64,000 nt of DNA from Podarcis melisellensis (taxonomy: Eukaryota): NCBI GenBank assembly GCA_964234715.1, contig OZ174278.1. The stretch is one strand, 5' to 3'. How positions within the stretch are numbered: position 1 is the first letter of the stretch; each line of letters begins with the position of its first letter. The position numbers and the translations under genes are program-made. The notes under the pieces are model-generated. The model saw only the letters and a list, made by a program, of their open reading frames with translations. It was not told the DNA's origin and searched no databases. This document shows, piece after piece, positions 36,591 through 48,275 of this stretch.

Positions 36591-39500
36591 CCTGCCAGAT
36601 TTCACGTAAAAAAGAAGTGATAATCAGAGCTTAAAATGTTTTGTCATACTGCCTCAACGTGACCGAGGAGCAGATAAATGTGTCTGGTGTTTTAAAACGG
36701 GGTTGATGCAACCTTTAGAAAAAGAACTGATCATCCCACTCCTTTTCAAAAGCATCACATTTGCCATCTCTGAAATCCGCTCTTCCACTGGGTCCACGTG
36801 CACAGAAGAAAGATCATGCAGTGGGAGTTGTGGTTACCTAGAGACTGTCAGTAGCTCTCATCTTTATGAAGCTGTATTGCATTTTTATGTTGGTTTAAAA
36901 TAAAATTGTACGCATATTGGTCAACCGTCATCTGTTAAAGGTAGCTAGGAATGTTACCACTGATTTAAATGGGAAATAGATTCCACAGTCGATGAATCTA
37001 CTACAATAATTAGGTAACGTTTCTATGAAATCTAAGAGTAGTATATCCCAAAGCCTTGACATGACTTCAATGCACCCCAGGTGAGTTTCTTTTATCTTGC
37101 TCACATAGAAGGTTAGCCATTTCCTACTGTACTTTCCATCCTGCCTTAAGTGATAGGCTGTTCTTTCTGGACAGACATGTGCCTTTGTAGAAGCATTTGG
37201 CAGATAAAGAACATGTGTGATGGCTGGCTTTCTAGTTTGCAGCTCCTGGGTATGAACCTGCGCTTCTACTCTTACGTTTCCCTTTGTTTTAGACAGCATT
37301 TATTAGAATTTTTAGCAGTTGATAAATACTGCTGAAAAAACATGGTTGCTTCTGGGACAGCAGAAGGCTAATGTAGGGCAGACAGGAATGGACTATACAG
37401 AATGAACTTAGAGAGCAGCTCTAGAATGACTGTTCTGTTAACAGCATAGGCTGGGTGTGCAACATATAATTAAAAGACTCCTAATGATGCTTTAACCACA
37501 AGTAAACACTGCAGGTGAAGGAAATGCAACTGGCTACCTGATTATATATTACTGAACTATTTATTCTTTCTGGTTGCAAAAGACATTCCATAAGGGGAAG
37601 CTTGGGGCAGAATAGGCCTTCCGGTCGGTGTACTGATTGCCTCTTGATCTCCCTGATGGAGCTTGACAGAACATTGCTGGATTTGTCCCAGGTTGTAGAT
37701 ATGGGGAGACTTTTATCTCCAATTGAGACCTCCTTAACTGGTGACTCTCAACAAACCCAGGAACCCCATGACAAGTGTGGGCTTTGAACAAGGGAATGAA
37801 AGATAGAGTATGGAAAAGGTGTGATGTATGTTTTTAAATTGTTTTTGTTTTGTTTTGTTTTGTTTTATTTAGGGTTAGGGATTGGGTTTTGTTTAGTTTA
37901 GTTTAATGGGTTTAGTTTAATGGGTTTAGGTTGTGTTTTGTATTGTCTATATATTGTATTGTATTGTTTTTATCTCTTTTGTCTTGTCTTTTCTTTTCCT
38001 TTTTTGTAATCTTTAAAAGTAATAAATATTATTTAAAAAAAAAAGACAAGTGTGGGCTTTGTCCCAATATATGTCAGGCAGTTGTGTGTGGGACGGTCGC
38101 ACTCTGGATGAGATTTTTCTGTATTGGGTGAGATGGGATTATCTGGAGTTGGCGAGCCTTTAATTACTCCTTTATCGTAGGTGGATTACTACTTACTACC
38201 TGCTTGAGTGGGGGAAAGCTGATTACTTTTGATCTCTGCTTTTGATATCAGTGGCAGTGATTGTCTTTCTGGAATGTTGAGGAGTGCTAAGAGGTGGCAC
38301 TCGGTTGCAATGTTTCTGTACCTACCTTGCAGGGCAGTTCCTGAAGGTGGTATTTCCATTTCTTGTGGGAGGCAACCCTGTGCAGTTTCTCAAGGTTCTG
38401 CCTGGGCTTCTTAACACCCGAGTGAGACAGCTTCATGGAGTCTTCTAGGGATTTCCTTCTATATCCAGGCTGGCAGGGTCTTCCATGAATAAGATTCATA
38501 ATGAACTGAATAAGGGTGAGAAAACTAAAGTTCAGTCAGATAAGATGGACCTGTTGATGCTGGGTGGTGGGCCTTTTCTTAAATGGGAGTCTCCTTTCAA
38601 TTAAATAAAGAACAAACATAGCGGTGGACCGAGGCTTCAGAATCAGAGTCCTCAGATTCCTCAAATTTTGATTTCCTGTAGTCCTGTAACATGTTCGAAT
38701 AAATTCAACTTGTTTATTCAAAAAATAAAAATAAATAAAAATAAAGAACAAACGTGCACCTTGGGAACCTGTAGCTGTTTCATGATACCCAAATGGCAGC
38801 CATGACCAGTAATGCGTTCTTCCAGCTTTTGAGTAGCACACAGCTGTCTGCATCACATCGACCTAGATACTACACAACTAGATGTTTGGCATGTCCCTGG
38901 TAGCAACACCTCTGGGCTACTGTAACGCAGTGCTCTTCAACCTAGCCTTGAACTACCGGTAGTTTGCAAGCTCCAGCTGATTTGAAGTGTGGCAGCTTTA
39001 CTTCCTTCAGAGGTTGCTGAGCTCATATAAAAGTTATTCTTGCTGGTTCTAATTCTCCCTTTAAAAAATAATGCCCTTGAAAGGTACTTATTGAACTCCT
39101 GGTCCTTCAAAGGACTTGATTCCCTCTTTCCCAGCCTGCTAATAATGGCCTGCCCAGCGAAGGGATCTTTTAATTGAGAGAAGTGTTTTTTCTAGTATGA
39201 GGGAAAGACTATGGGCAAGGCATGGATGTTGCTAATTTCTTTTTTATGCTGGGAATAGTGGGCAGTTGTAGTTCAACCCCTATGATTCCATGGAGGAAAA
39301 GGACACTAGCCTAAGTTTTTGGACTTCTACCATAAAGCGAGCCCTCCATCACCTAGCATTCCCCTGGGTGAGCAGGGTGCAAACAGAATCATGTTGAGAA
39401 AGTTTCCTTGCAGCAGGCTGTGCTCACCTTAATTCTGTCTGTTGTGGTTAAACACCCCTGCTTTGAATTTTTGCCCTATTCCAAGTGTTACGATGATGTC

Positions 39501-40045
39501 ACCTATACTTTTAATTATTTCACTGTAAGCCTCAGTAATGTTTTTTTATTTGCAATCCTGCTATAACAGACAACATTCATTTTTAGTTGCACTTAGATGT
39601 ACCTTGCAGATGCATAAACTGGTATATTTTTTGCAGCTCCCTTTTATAACTCTGAAAATTTGTAGTGGTGGTGAAGATTATTCAATGCTGGCAATATTTT
39701 AGGGATAAATGCAGTACTTTTTTTTAGGCTGAATGCAGTAAAAATGAAATGTTAAATTTACTTCACTCTGTTCTGCATTAATAATTAGTAATACCGTTCC
39801 CTGAATAAGCCTTGCACCAGTTTTATTGGTTCTTAAATCTCCTTTTCTTCTTGCGCTGTAGTAATGGGAATTAAATAGAGTTCTATTTAAAGATGCCCTT
39901 GAAATGTTGTGAAAACATTCCTTACTTATTCTAGAAAGTCACAGTGCAATCATGAATCCCAGTATATTCACTGTATGCTCTATATCAGTAATATCCTATA
40001 CACTGGAGCTAATTCCAGTAAGAGAGAATAAAACTGTCAACCAAT

Positions 40046-40427
40046 TTGTTGTTGTTGTTGTTTAGTTGTGTCCGACTCTTAGTAACCCCATGGACCAGAG
40101 CACGCCAGGCACTCCTGTCTTCCACTGCTTCCTGCAGTTTGGTCAAACTCATGCTGGTAGCTTTGAGAACACTATCCAACCATCTTGTCCTCTGTCGTCC
40201 CCTTCTCCTTGTGCCCTCCATCTTTCCCAACATCAGGGTCTTTTCCAGGGAGTCTTCTCTTCTCATGAGGTGGCCAAAGTATTGGAGCCTCGGCTTCACA
40301 ATCTGTCCTTCCAGTGAGCACTCAGGGCTGATTTCCTTCAGAATGGATAGGTTTGATCTTCTTGCGGTCCATGGGACTCTCAAGAGTCTCCTCCAGCACC
40401 ATAATTCAAAAGCATCAATTCTTTGGC
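40046..40427 (-). mobile_element. BovB/RTE LINE 3' fragment
   Basis: Minus-strand QRIDAFELWCWRRLLRVPWTARRSNLSILKEISPECSLEG...RRRGRQRTRWLD; (CAA)n tail. Confidence 0.93.
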
Positions 40428-42431
40428 AAGCGAAGTCAAACTCACAATAATAGCTGCATGGTTCTATGAACATGCAGAGATCTTCCAGCACCTGTTATGT
40501 GATCCCTTTTAACTGGAGATGCCAGGAATTGAACCTGGGACCTTCCACATGTAAAGCAGATGCTCTCCTACTCAGCTACGATCCCTCCTCAAATAAACTG
40601 AAATCTGTGTTCGATTTTTACTTGGACTACTCCTTTTGCAGAACTAGAGTTTTGTCATTGTTGGTTGGGGGAACCCTGTAATTAGCATGTAGAGATGTGA
40701 TTTTTCTACTCGCCCGCCACCCTGCCCCTTGCAAAACAACAACAACAACAACCCAACAACTTTGCCCAGTTTCCCTCCTTGTGCTGTAAGGGCCCCAGCA
40801 GTCTCCTTTTGCTGCTTCCAGTGTGATTATTTCCTGCAAGCCTGGCATTGCACTCTGCCAGCATATGGGTTTAGGAGCAATCCTTACCCACCCAGGGCAG
40901 AAGCTCTGGCACAGCATTTTGTGAAACGGGCAGGATGTCAGCGTGATCTGTGCAGAATAAAGTGAGGATTCGCTTCAGCCATACTTGAATAGTTTCATGA
41001 ATCGTAACGGCATGAGTGTTCAAGCCCATGGAAGCTCTGGCATATTAGCGTTTAGTTTATGTGTCTGGTTAATGAAAGCCTACCTCTTTGCCGCAAATAG
41101 GTTTCCCCCTGTAACTTTGACAGCAGTTGCTGGTCTGCGCTCATGATTATGGAGAAATCGCCAAAAGGGATGTTGTTCCAATATAACCCTCCCCACTCCA
41201 AAAAAGTTCTTCAAAATCTACACATAATTAATGCTGCCAGTTACTTAACCCATTCTGCAGCACAGTGTAGTTTCCTAGTACCATTTATGCCCGGATCCAA
41301 TCTAGTATCAAACAACGTGGGTCACCTCTCAACCTTTGCTGTTTTGTGGGTGGGATTCAGCTGCACACCTGCAAATTAAATGGATTTTGGCAGTCTTGTA
41401 CAACCAACACGCTTCCAAAAGCCAAAACCTTTCTTTAAGTAAGGAAAGTGATGGGAAGATACACTGGAAAATGTGCGATAAGGGTTGAAATGACGCGACC
41501 TCATACAACCAAACAAATCAGGATGAATGTTCGGACCGAGTTATCTGGAAACAACCTTAAATATATTTCATATGCCGCACACAGCTTGTATCCCATTATG
41601 GTGGCATAATGTGGAGATCAGATAACAATTGAGGCCAAAATAACGCATGGCACAAAGTTGTGTGGATCTTTTGTCCTAGGTGAGAGGCATTGGGAGAAAG
41701 GATGAGCAGATTCTCCCCCATTTGTTCCCTCACTAAACCTAAGGCTTTTTTAAAGCTTGGGGGTGGGGGAAAAGAAAATACATTTAGGGAAAGACTGATG
41801 TAACTGCATATTATACACAGTCTCAGGCTGTTTTAAAACGCTTCCGTTGTGCTTGCACAAACATGTTTTGAATTGTGCTTAAAAATATCTTAAGTGCCCA
41901 TGTCTGTCACGTAGTTAGTCATGGTAAAACACATGTTCCTTGTAAGCTTTGGTAGACTGTGTGTGTGTTCCGTAGGTGATGTTAAAGTACTTGTTGAAAA
42001 CATGCCACACCTTCCTTAAGAGCGATCCTTGTTGAACCAGAATGGTTAAGACTTCCCCAACAACTTAGCCAAATATTTCTTTTCTGATTCACCCTTCATT
42101 GCTATAGATTTCACAGAGGAAAAAATACCCCCCCCCCTTTTTAAAGCATAAACCTTAAGATATCCACTAGCATATGTAGAACATATGTAGAAATGCCTGC
42201 AAAACTGTGGTTCAGAGCATTGGGGACAATGCTGATACAGAGTGTGGAAAGTTCAGCCTGAAATCTTACACCGACCAGGGTGGTTAGTCCAGATGTGATC
42301 CTCCAGATGGCCCTAGCTACCATGGCCAGTGGGATAATGGGATTTGTAGTCCAACAGCATCTGTAGCGTCACTGGTTACCTGCCCTTGCTATACATATTT
42401 ACCTGGCAGTAAGACCTGGCAGTAAGACCTA

Positions 42432-42796
42432 GGGACGCGGGTGGCGCTGTGGGTTAAAGCCTCAGCGCCTAGGGCTTGCCGATCGAAAGGTCGGCGGTTC
42501 GAATCCCCGCGGCGGGGTGCGCTCCCGCTGCTCGGTCCCAGCGCCTGCCAACCTAGCAGTTCGAAAGCACCCTCGGGTGCAAGTAGATAAATAGGGACCG
42601 CTTTCTAGCGGGAAGGTAAACGGCGTTTCCGTGTGCAGCTCTGGCTCGCCAGAGCAGCTATGTCACGCTGGCCACGTGACCCGGAAGTGTCTTCGGACAG
42701 CGCTGGCCCCTGGCCTCTTGAGTGAGATGGGCGCACAACCCCAGAGTCTGGCAAGACTGGCCCGTACGGGCAGGGGTACCTTTACCTTTACCTTTT
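42432..42796 (+). mobile_element. Young full-length Sauria SINE
   Basis: gggacgcgggtggcgctgtgggtt...ggttcgaatccc...(ccttta)n; TSD taagacct at 42423-30 and 42797-804; CpGs intact. Confidence 0.93.
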
Positions 42797-43463
42797 TAAG
42801 ACCTGTTGAACTCAGTGGGACTTAGATTTGAGTACAAATGCATAGGATCGAACCATCAGAGTATTTTACAGAGTGTCTACCGGACGTGTTTGCTAAACGG
42901 CATGAGTACCTGCTAGAAGCATAAATAACTTGACCATCAATGGTGTCATTCAATCTTCCATCTTCATCTGTTCGTACCTGTTGTCTAGCTTTTCATTAGG
43001 AACTGAGATGGTTTAGTCACATGCCTACTTAATTAGTTCCCTTTCAAAACATCTTTGTTCACAAAACTTGAGTACAGTTTCTAAGGACAGACTAAGAGAA
43101 CTGAGCCTGTGGGAGGCAAAGAGGAGCTGTAGACCAGTGTTTCCCAACCGGTGTTCCGCGGCACACTAGTGTGCCGCGAGACGTTGCCTGGTGTGCCGTG
43201 GGAGGGAGGCGGGCGAGTCGTATGTTACGCTTATAGATCTCCCCCTCTATGGTACTGGGGGAGTAAGGAGCGGCAGCAGCGGCGGCGGGAGCAACGGAAG
43301 GAAGCTCTCCGGCAGCTGCCGGAAGCTGGGAAGCGGCGCGGCTGCCGGCGGCGCTTCTAGTAGCTTCCAGACGCGCGGCGAGAGAGCGAGGGCGAGGGGC
43401 GCTCGCCAGCCAGCCAGCCAGCCGGGCAGAGGCAGAAGCGGCGAGTCCTTCAGCGAGGCGCTG

Positions 43464-43543
43464 ATGGCCAAGTGGGGAGAGGGAGATCCGCGCTGGATTG
43501 TGGAGCAGCGCGCGGATGCCACCAACGTCAACAACTGGCACTG
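43464..43543 (+). pseudogene. AHSA1: Captured first coding exon of AHSA1 (activator of Hsp90 ATPase 1) inside the hAT element
   Basis: ATG at 43464 gives MAKWGEGDPRWIVEQRADATNVNNWH(W), the Aha1 N-terminus with the NxNNWHW motif, followed by donor TG|gtgagc. No further AHSA1 exons seen. G-E-G-D-P-R fits AHSA1 better than AHSA2. Confidence 0.9.
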
Positions 43544-44369
43544 GTGAGCGAGGGGGGCAGGAAAGGCAGCGGGAGCTGGGGGGGGCGGAGGAGAAGTGGC
43601 TCGTGTTTGGCAGGGTGGGGATGCAGCTCTTCCCCTGAGGGCTTTGGGGGAATAAGGGCGGCCGTGCTGCCACCGCCACACCCACAGCCACCCACACCCC
43701 CGCGGTTGCGGGGACGCGTGTCTGTTTCTCTCTCCCTGTCTCTTGCCTCTGACCCCTTCGCACGAGATTCTCCACCGCTTATGCGTGTTCGCGCCGGAGT
43801 CACTTTCCTTCGGGTTTGGTGGACCTTACTCTCAAATAAGTGTGGTAAAAGATTACAAGCGCGGGGGGAGATAGAGAAACCTCCCTGGCCTGGTTTAACC
43901 TCCTTTTTAAAAAAAATAACAGCTGGATCTGTAGAAGGGCAGCTAGTGAGAGTTTGGGTGCTTTTTGGCACGGAAAAAGAAATATGATCGCTAGCTACTT
44001 CTTTCAGATCAAGCTGCACTGAAGTGCATGGGAGCTAGGGGCTGGTTAAAACAAACAAAAACGTTGGCAGTCTTTTCTAGGGGCCAGGTGCAGCATCTGG
44101 CAAAGCCAGCAAGTGCCTGCTGAATAAAAGTTTGCAACAGGGAGGCAGCCCCTCCACCTGTATCATAATCTGGTCTGCACAAGCACTCTCCAGAATAGGA
44201 AGCACCTTGTCAATTTTAATGGTGTGTTTGTGCTAACTAGCAATTCTGCCACATACAAATTAATGGCTGATTTGACAGCCAGATGGGTGGGGTATAAATA
44301 ATAAATTATTATTATTATTATATGAACTAGAATAATTTTTGTGTGCTGCTGTAAGAAAGTCATTTTTCT

Positions 44370-44876
44370 ATTGAAATGTTCACACTCACCAAGCAATGGC
44401 AAGGTGTTCACACTGCTGCACTGTGTGAGATAATAGGTAAACATTTAAAAACTCTCGAGGGGCAGTTGTCATTTTATTTCTCTTCAGTCTCCACTGAATG
44501 CCTTGACTGGGTTAGGGACCCTTATAGCTCAGCATCAGTTGGTGGAAAGGACATGACTTTACAGGAGCAGGAGGAACTAACTGAACTGAGACAAAATCGT
44601 GGTTTCAAGCTAAGATTTGCTGATCTACCTTTGGACAGTTTTTGGTTGGAAACTGCCAAGGAATTCCCCCTTCTGGCAAACAAAGCTATTTTGACATTGC
44701 TCCCATTTTCCACTACATATCTCTGTGAGTTGAGCTTTTCAAGCATGATTGCTATAAAAACTAAATACAGAGAGAGACTGAGAGCTGTTGACGAAGAGCT
44801 ACGTGTGTGTCTTTCTTCGATTCCAGCCAGAATATCAGCTTTGTGTTCAGCCAAACAGGCCCAGGTTGCGCACTGA
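44370..44876 (+). pseudogene. 5'-truncated hAT transposase (C-terminal dimerisation region, Buster/Charlie/ZBED5-like)
   Basis: Open frame with DWVRDPY...FW...[40 protein letters not shown]...ELRVCLS...QAQVAH*, typical of Buster-clade transposases; AATAAA immediately after the stop. Confidence 0.92.
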
Positions 44877-46077
44877 ATAAAGTATTTTATAATTTTTCAT
44901 ATTTCTGTTTACTTACTATTTCATAATAAAGTAATTATAAAATACTATCTTTGTGTTTATTTGATTCCTATTAAAGAGTGTTACTTTATATATAGTCAAT
45001 ATAGGCACAGAGTTAATTTTTTAAACATTTTCTAATGGTGGTGTGCCTCGATATTTTTTTCATGAAACAAGTGTGCCTTTGCCCAAAAAAGGTTGGGAAA
45101 CACTGCTGTAGACTTCAAAGTTCTAAGAGAGATATTAATCACATGAGTGGAGTCTTGCTGAAGTAGGTTTAGAGACTTAGCTCTGGTTTTCACCGGTGAC
45201 CTTCTGTTGCTTAATTAAGGAAGCCAATAAAGCCTTGAGTGCTTTTTCTCTATCTTTGAAGGGAAGCAGAGGGGTCTCTGCTTATAGTGAGGTCACTTCC
45301 AGACAAGCTTTGGTACAAGGTTTGTGGGGAGGTTATAAGATATTGGCTGCTTATTGCGCGTTCATCCTAATTTGTTTGCAATGAAGGCTATATAACATTG
45401 AACCAAGCAGTTGCTGTTCCAAACTTTCCAGTTGATTTTGATGCTGATTTTTAGTATATATAAAGAAAACCTTTATCGAAAGAATCCTCCTCCTAAATAT
45501 ATATGCATTGGGAATTTAAATTATATAATTCAGAAATAATAATGTATGAAAAATAATAGTAGACTGATGGCCTCAATCTGGATGAAGGGCCAATAATCAT
45601 TTTAATGATTTTAAAAATAAATACTGTTGCTTCTAAGCCTTCTTGTTTCTGCAGAGGAAGAGTTTGGTCTTCAGGAATTGTGAACCGTGAGCTAATATTA
45701 CCAATTAGTAAGCTTGCCAGCTACTAGAAACTTAAGCCCAAGGGTCATAGTGAAATGGCATGCCAAAGTGTTCTCATGTTTTATAATCCTTACAGAACCT
45801 GATGTCACACTGATCTCGAACTTGCCACATACAGCCCTTTTGAAAGCTGCCTGGCGATTAGCTAGGTAGCTCTAAAAATACAATGCTTTATATATGCAGT
45901 CTTTTAGCAGAGATGTGTGTCTCAACCCTCACATTCTTAAAAAGGAACGAATGCTATTATAAACAAGAGAGAGAGGAACTGATTATGTTTTGATTGTGCC
46001 TGTGTAAAACTAGCAAGATTTAATAATGCTAGACAAAAGTTTCCCTTACATTTTCTCATCTGCTGCTTATATTTCAG

Positions 46078-46196
46078 CTTCCTGTAAATGTTCGTTAATA
46101 GCACAGCGGGCAGAACTTTGTACAGCTATGAAGAATTATCAACAGGCTCTTTATGATGCAGAGGCACTCTGCCGAAATAAACCCCATTGGCCTAAG
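46078..46196 (+). CDS. LONRF2: LONRF2 exon 2 (TPR)
   Basis: tttcag acceptor; (A)SCKCSLIAQRAELCTAMKNYQQALYDAEALCRNKPHWPK; aag|gtacaa. Confidence 0.93.
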
Positions 46197-46345
46197 GTAC
46201 AAGGTTCATAAGCTGCTATGGGGGAGGTGGCAAATGTTTTTGTTTGCCTATGGGTAGCAAATATGAAATAATGAAATGCATGTTTCCCACAATTTTTTTG
46301 AAACTGAAATACATTGAGGTTTTTCTGTGTGTTATGTTCACACAG

Positions 46346-46468
46346 GGTCATTATGTGAAAGCACAAGCTCTTTCTGGATTAGGAAGGATTGAAGAAGCAT
46401 TGAAGGAATTTCTTTATTGTGTTGCCTTAAATCCTGAGTGGAGCTCAATGAAAATGGAAGCTCAGAAG
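46346..46468 (+). CDS. LONRF2: LONRF2 exon 3 (TPR)
   Basis: cacag|GHYVKAQALSGLGRIEEALKEFLYCVALNPEWSSMKMEAQK|gtagga. Confidence 0.94.
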
Positions 46469-47034
46469 GTAGGATAACTGTACCAACTTTGCATGTGGTC
46501 AGTGCAGGGAATAATATATGCAGGTGTGCATTTTGTGTTTTGCTAAAGGCTTCTGATGCACAGTTCTGCTGTTAACAGTGAGATTGTGTGTTAGTCATGG
46601 GTGTGGTTCTCACTGCCATGTTAATCAGCTCATGATAATTAGCAGAGGGATTTATAGCTTGAGTAGCTTGATCATTCCAATGAAACAATAGCCACTGTTG
46701 CTTGTGGATTTGCCTGCTGGTTAAAATAATCATGAAGACTGTGGTTTGCAGCTAATAGCCTTTGAAACCGTATCTAACCTGTGGATGTCCTCCAACTAGC
46801 TTACCAACCAGTGAAGGTCTCACATAGGCCACTACAGCTGCAGCTTTGCAGCTGATCTCTATAGCCCCCCCCCAACCTATAGTTCCTTCATTTCTAGTGT
46901 ATTATACTGTTCTGTCAAAGACCTCTAATCATTCACTTTATCAGACAAAACTATGTGCAGCCTGATTAGCACAGGCATTGGGCACAGCACCAGCACTGCT
47001 AACCAGAAGCTATTTGCAAGCTGGGTTTCTTACC

Positions 47035-47246
47035 CAGGAGATTCCAACTAAACATCAGGAAAAACTTTCTGACAGTAAGAGCTGTTTGACAGTGGAACGG
47101 TCTCCCTCGTAAGGTTGTGCACTCTCCTTCCTTGGAGGTTTTTAAAGCAGAGTTTGGATGGCCATCTCTCAGGGATGCTTTAACTGAGATTCCTGCATTG
47201 CAGAGAATTGGGGTTCCTTCCAGCTTTACAAATTCTGTGATTCTAT
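47035..47246 (+). mobile_element. CR1 LINE 3' fragment
   Basis: aggaaaaactttctgacagtaagagctgtt..cagtggaac...tctccttccttggaggttttt...ccttcca...ttctgtgattctat, the CR1 octamer tail. Confidence 0.85.
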
Positions 47247-47360
47247 CAAAGTCCTGAGAATAGGGTGAGATTGTTTCAGCCCCAAGACCACTCTAACCCG
47301 AGTAACTGCAACAGCATTTCAAAACTTGTTTCTTTCCCCCCTCTTTTTTTCTTTGTTTAG

Positions 47361-47522
47361 ATAATGTGTGAGATGTTTTTCCCAGCATTTGAAAACGTGC
47401 ACGATAATCTAACAACGCCTTTTTGTAATCGGACCTCGTATACAAGGTTGAAACCTGTGTTTCTAAGTAGCATAAACACACAGTCTTCTGGAGAAGATGG
47501 GTCAACTGCAGAGACCTCAAAG
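47361..47522 (+). CDS. LONRF2: LONRF2 exon 4
   Basis: tttag|IMCEMFFPAFENVHDNLTT...GSTAETSK|gtaagg; phase 0-0. Confidence 0.9.
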
Positions 47523-48052
47523 GTAAGGCTTACAACACGTATGCTTCAAAAATGAAAGTTGGGGATCAGAATATCACCTCCCTATCTGACTCTTTATTTA
47601 CTGAGGTTTAGAATACACTGGCAAAGTGATTACACCAGCACTTTGGAGCACAGTGTACAGAAGTTTCTCAGCTTTGGTCCTAGATCAGTAAAAGTCAGTA
47701 ACATGGTAGTTCACAAAGGAAGTGTTTTGCTAATGGGAAGAAAACGAAGTGAAAGAAACTGCCCACAAAAAACCGAAACTGTAAAGTTTTGCAAATTTGA
47801 GGAGTCCCATTTAAAGCATACTGGGGAGACTTGCAGTCTTGAGATACAAGCCAGAGCTCGTCTGTTCCAGTAATTATGTAAATAGAGCCCTGCATGAGCC
47901 ACTGTTCCACTGACTTGGATAATTATCCACTTAGTCCATTTTTATGTAACAGGGGTAGGAGATGATTTATAAGCAGCAGTTGTAAAGGTCATGCAACAGC
48001 GGTCTGTGAAACTGTTCCTGAATTGAAGATGCTGTTGTTGTATCTGTTTCAG

Positions 48053-48275
48053 GAGGCCAGCTTGAAGCTAACTAAAAACCTGTCCCAAGATGCTGATGCA
48101 TATCGAAGTACAGAGTCTTCTGTTTCTCATCATATACTGGACTTCTCTTTTGAAGACAACAAAAAAACTTTGGGAACGGTCCTCTCCAGTCTGCCTGGCG
48201 CAAGCTTAAAAAGAAAGTTTTCTAGTGATGGGGATTTACAGAGCTTGGGCGTCCCTATCAAAATTCCTCGAAAAG
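48053..48275 (+). CDS. LONRF2: LONRF2 exon 5 (linker with basic LKRK/PRK motifs)
   Basis: tttcag|EASLKLTKNL...FEDNKKTLG...SLKRKFSS...KIPRK g|gtgtgt. Confidence 0.88.

Larger units (their letters stand above)
43135..45105 (+). mobile_element. Non-autonomous hAT (Charlie/Buster-type) DNA transposon carrying a captured host-gene fragment (Pack-hAT)
   Basis: Perfect 15-bp TIRs CAGTGTTTCCCAACC (43135-43149) / GGTTGGGAAACACTG (45091-45105); perfect 8-bp TSD CTGTAGAC (43127-43134 and 45106-45113) with central TA; GTGTGCC subterminal motifs at both ends; transposase 3' remnant. Confidence 0.96.

Noticed and set aside
43464-43547. Native AHSA1 gene nested in LONRF2, or a processed AHSA1 pseudogene
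   Set aside because: I found no downstream AHSA1 exons (TERDA...) in the window. The exon is enclosed by TIRs and a TSD and is followed by a splice donor rather than exon 2 or poly(A).
43092-44019. ORFs of 227, 171, 163 and 144 aa around the captured AHSA1 exon, and the 118-aa N-terminally extended frame from 43191
   Set aside because: GC-rich artefacts. The 43191 frame starts at a GTG in the transposon end; only the segment from ATG 43464 resembles a real protein.
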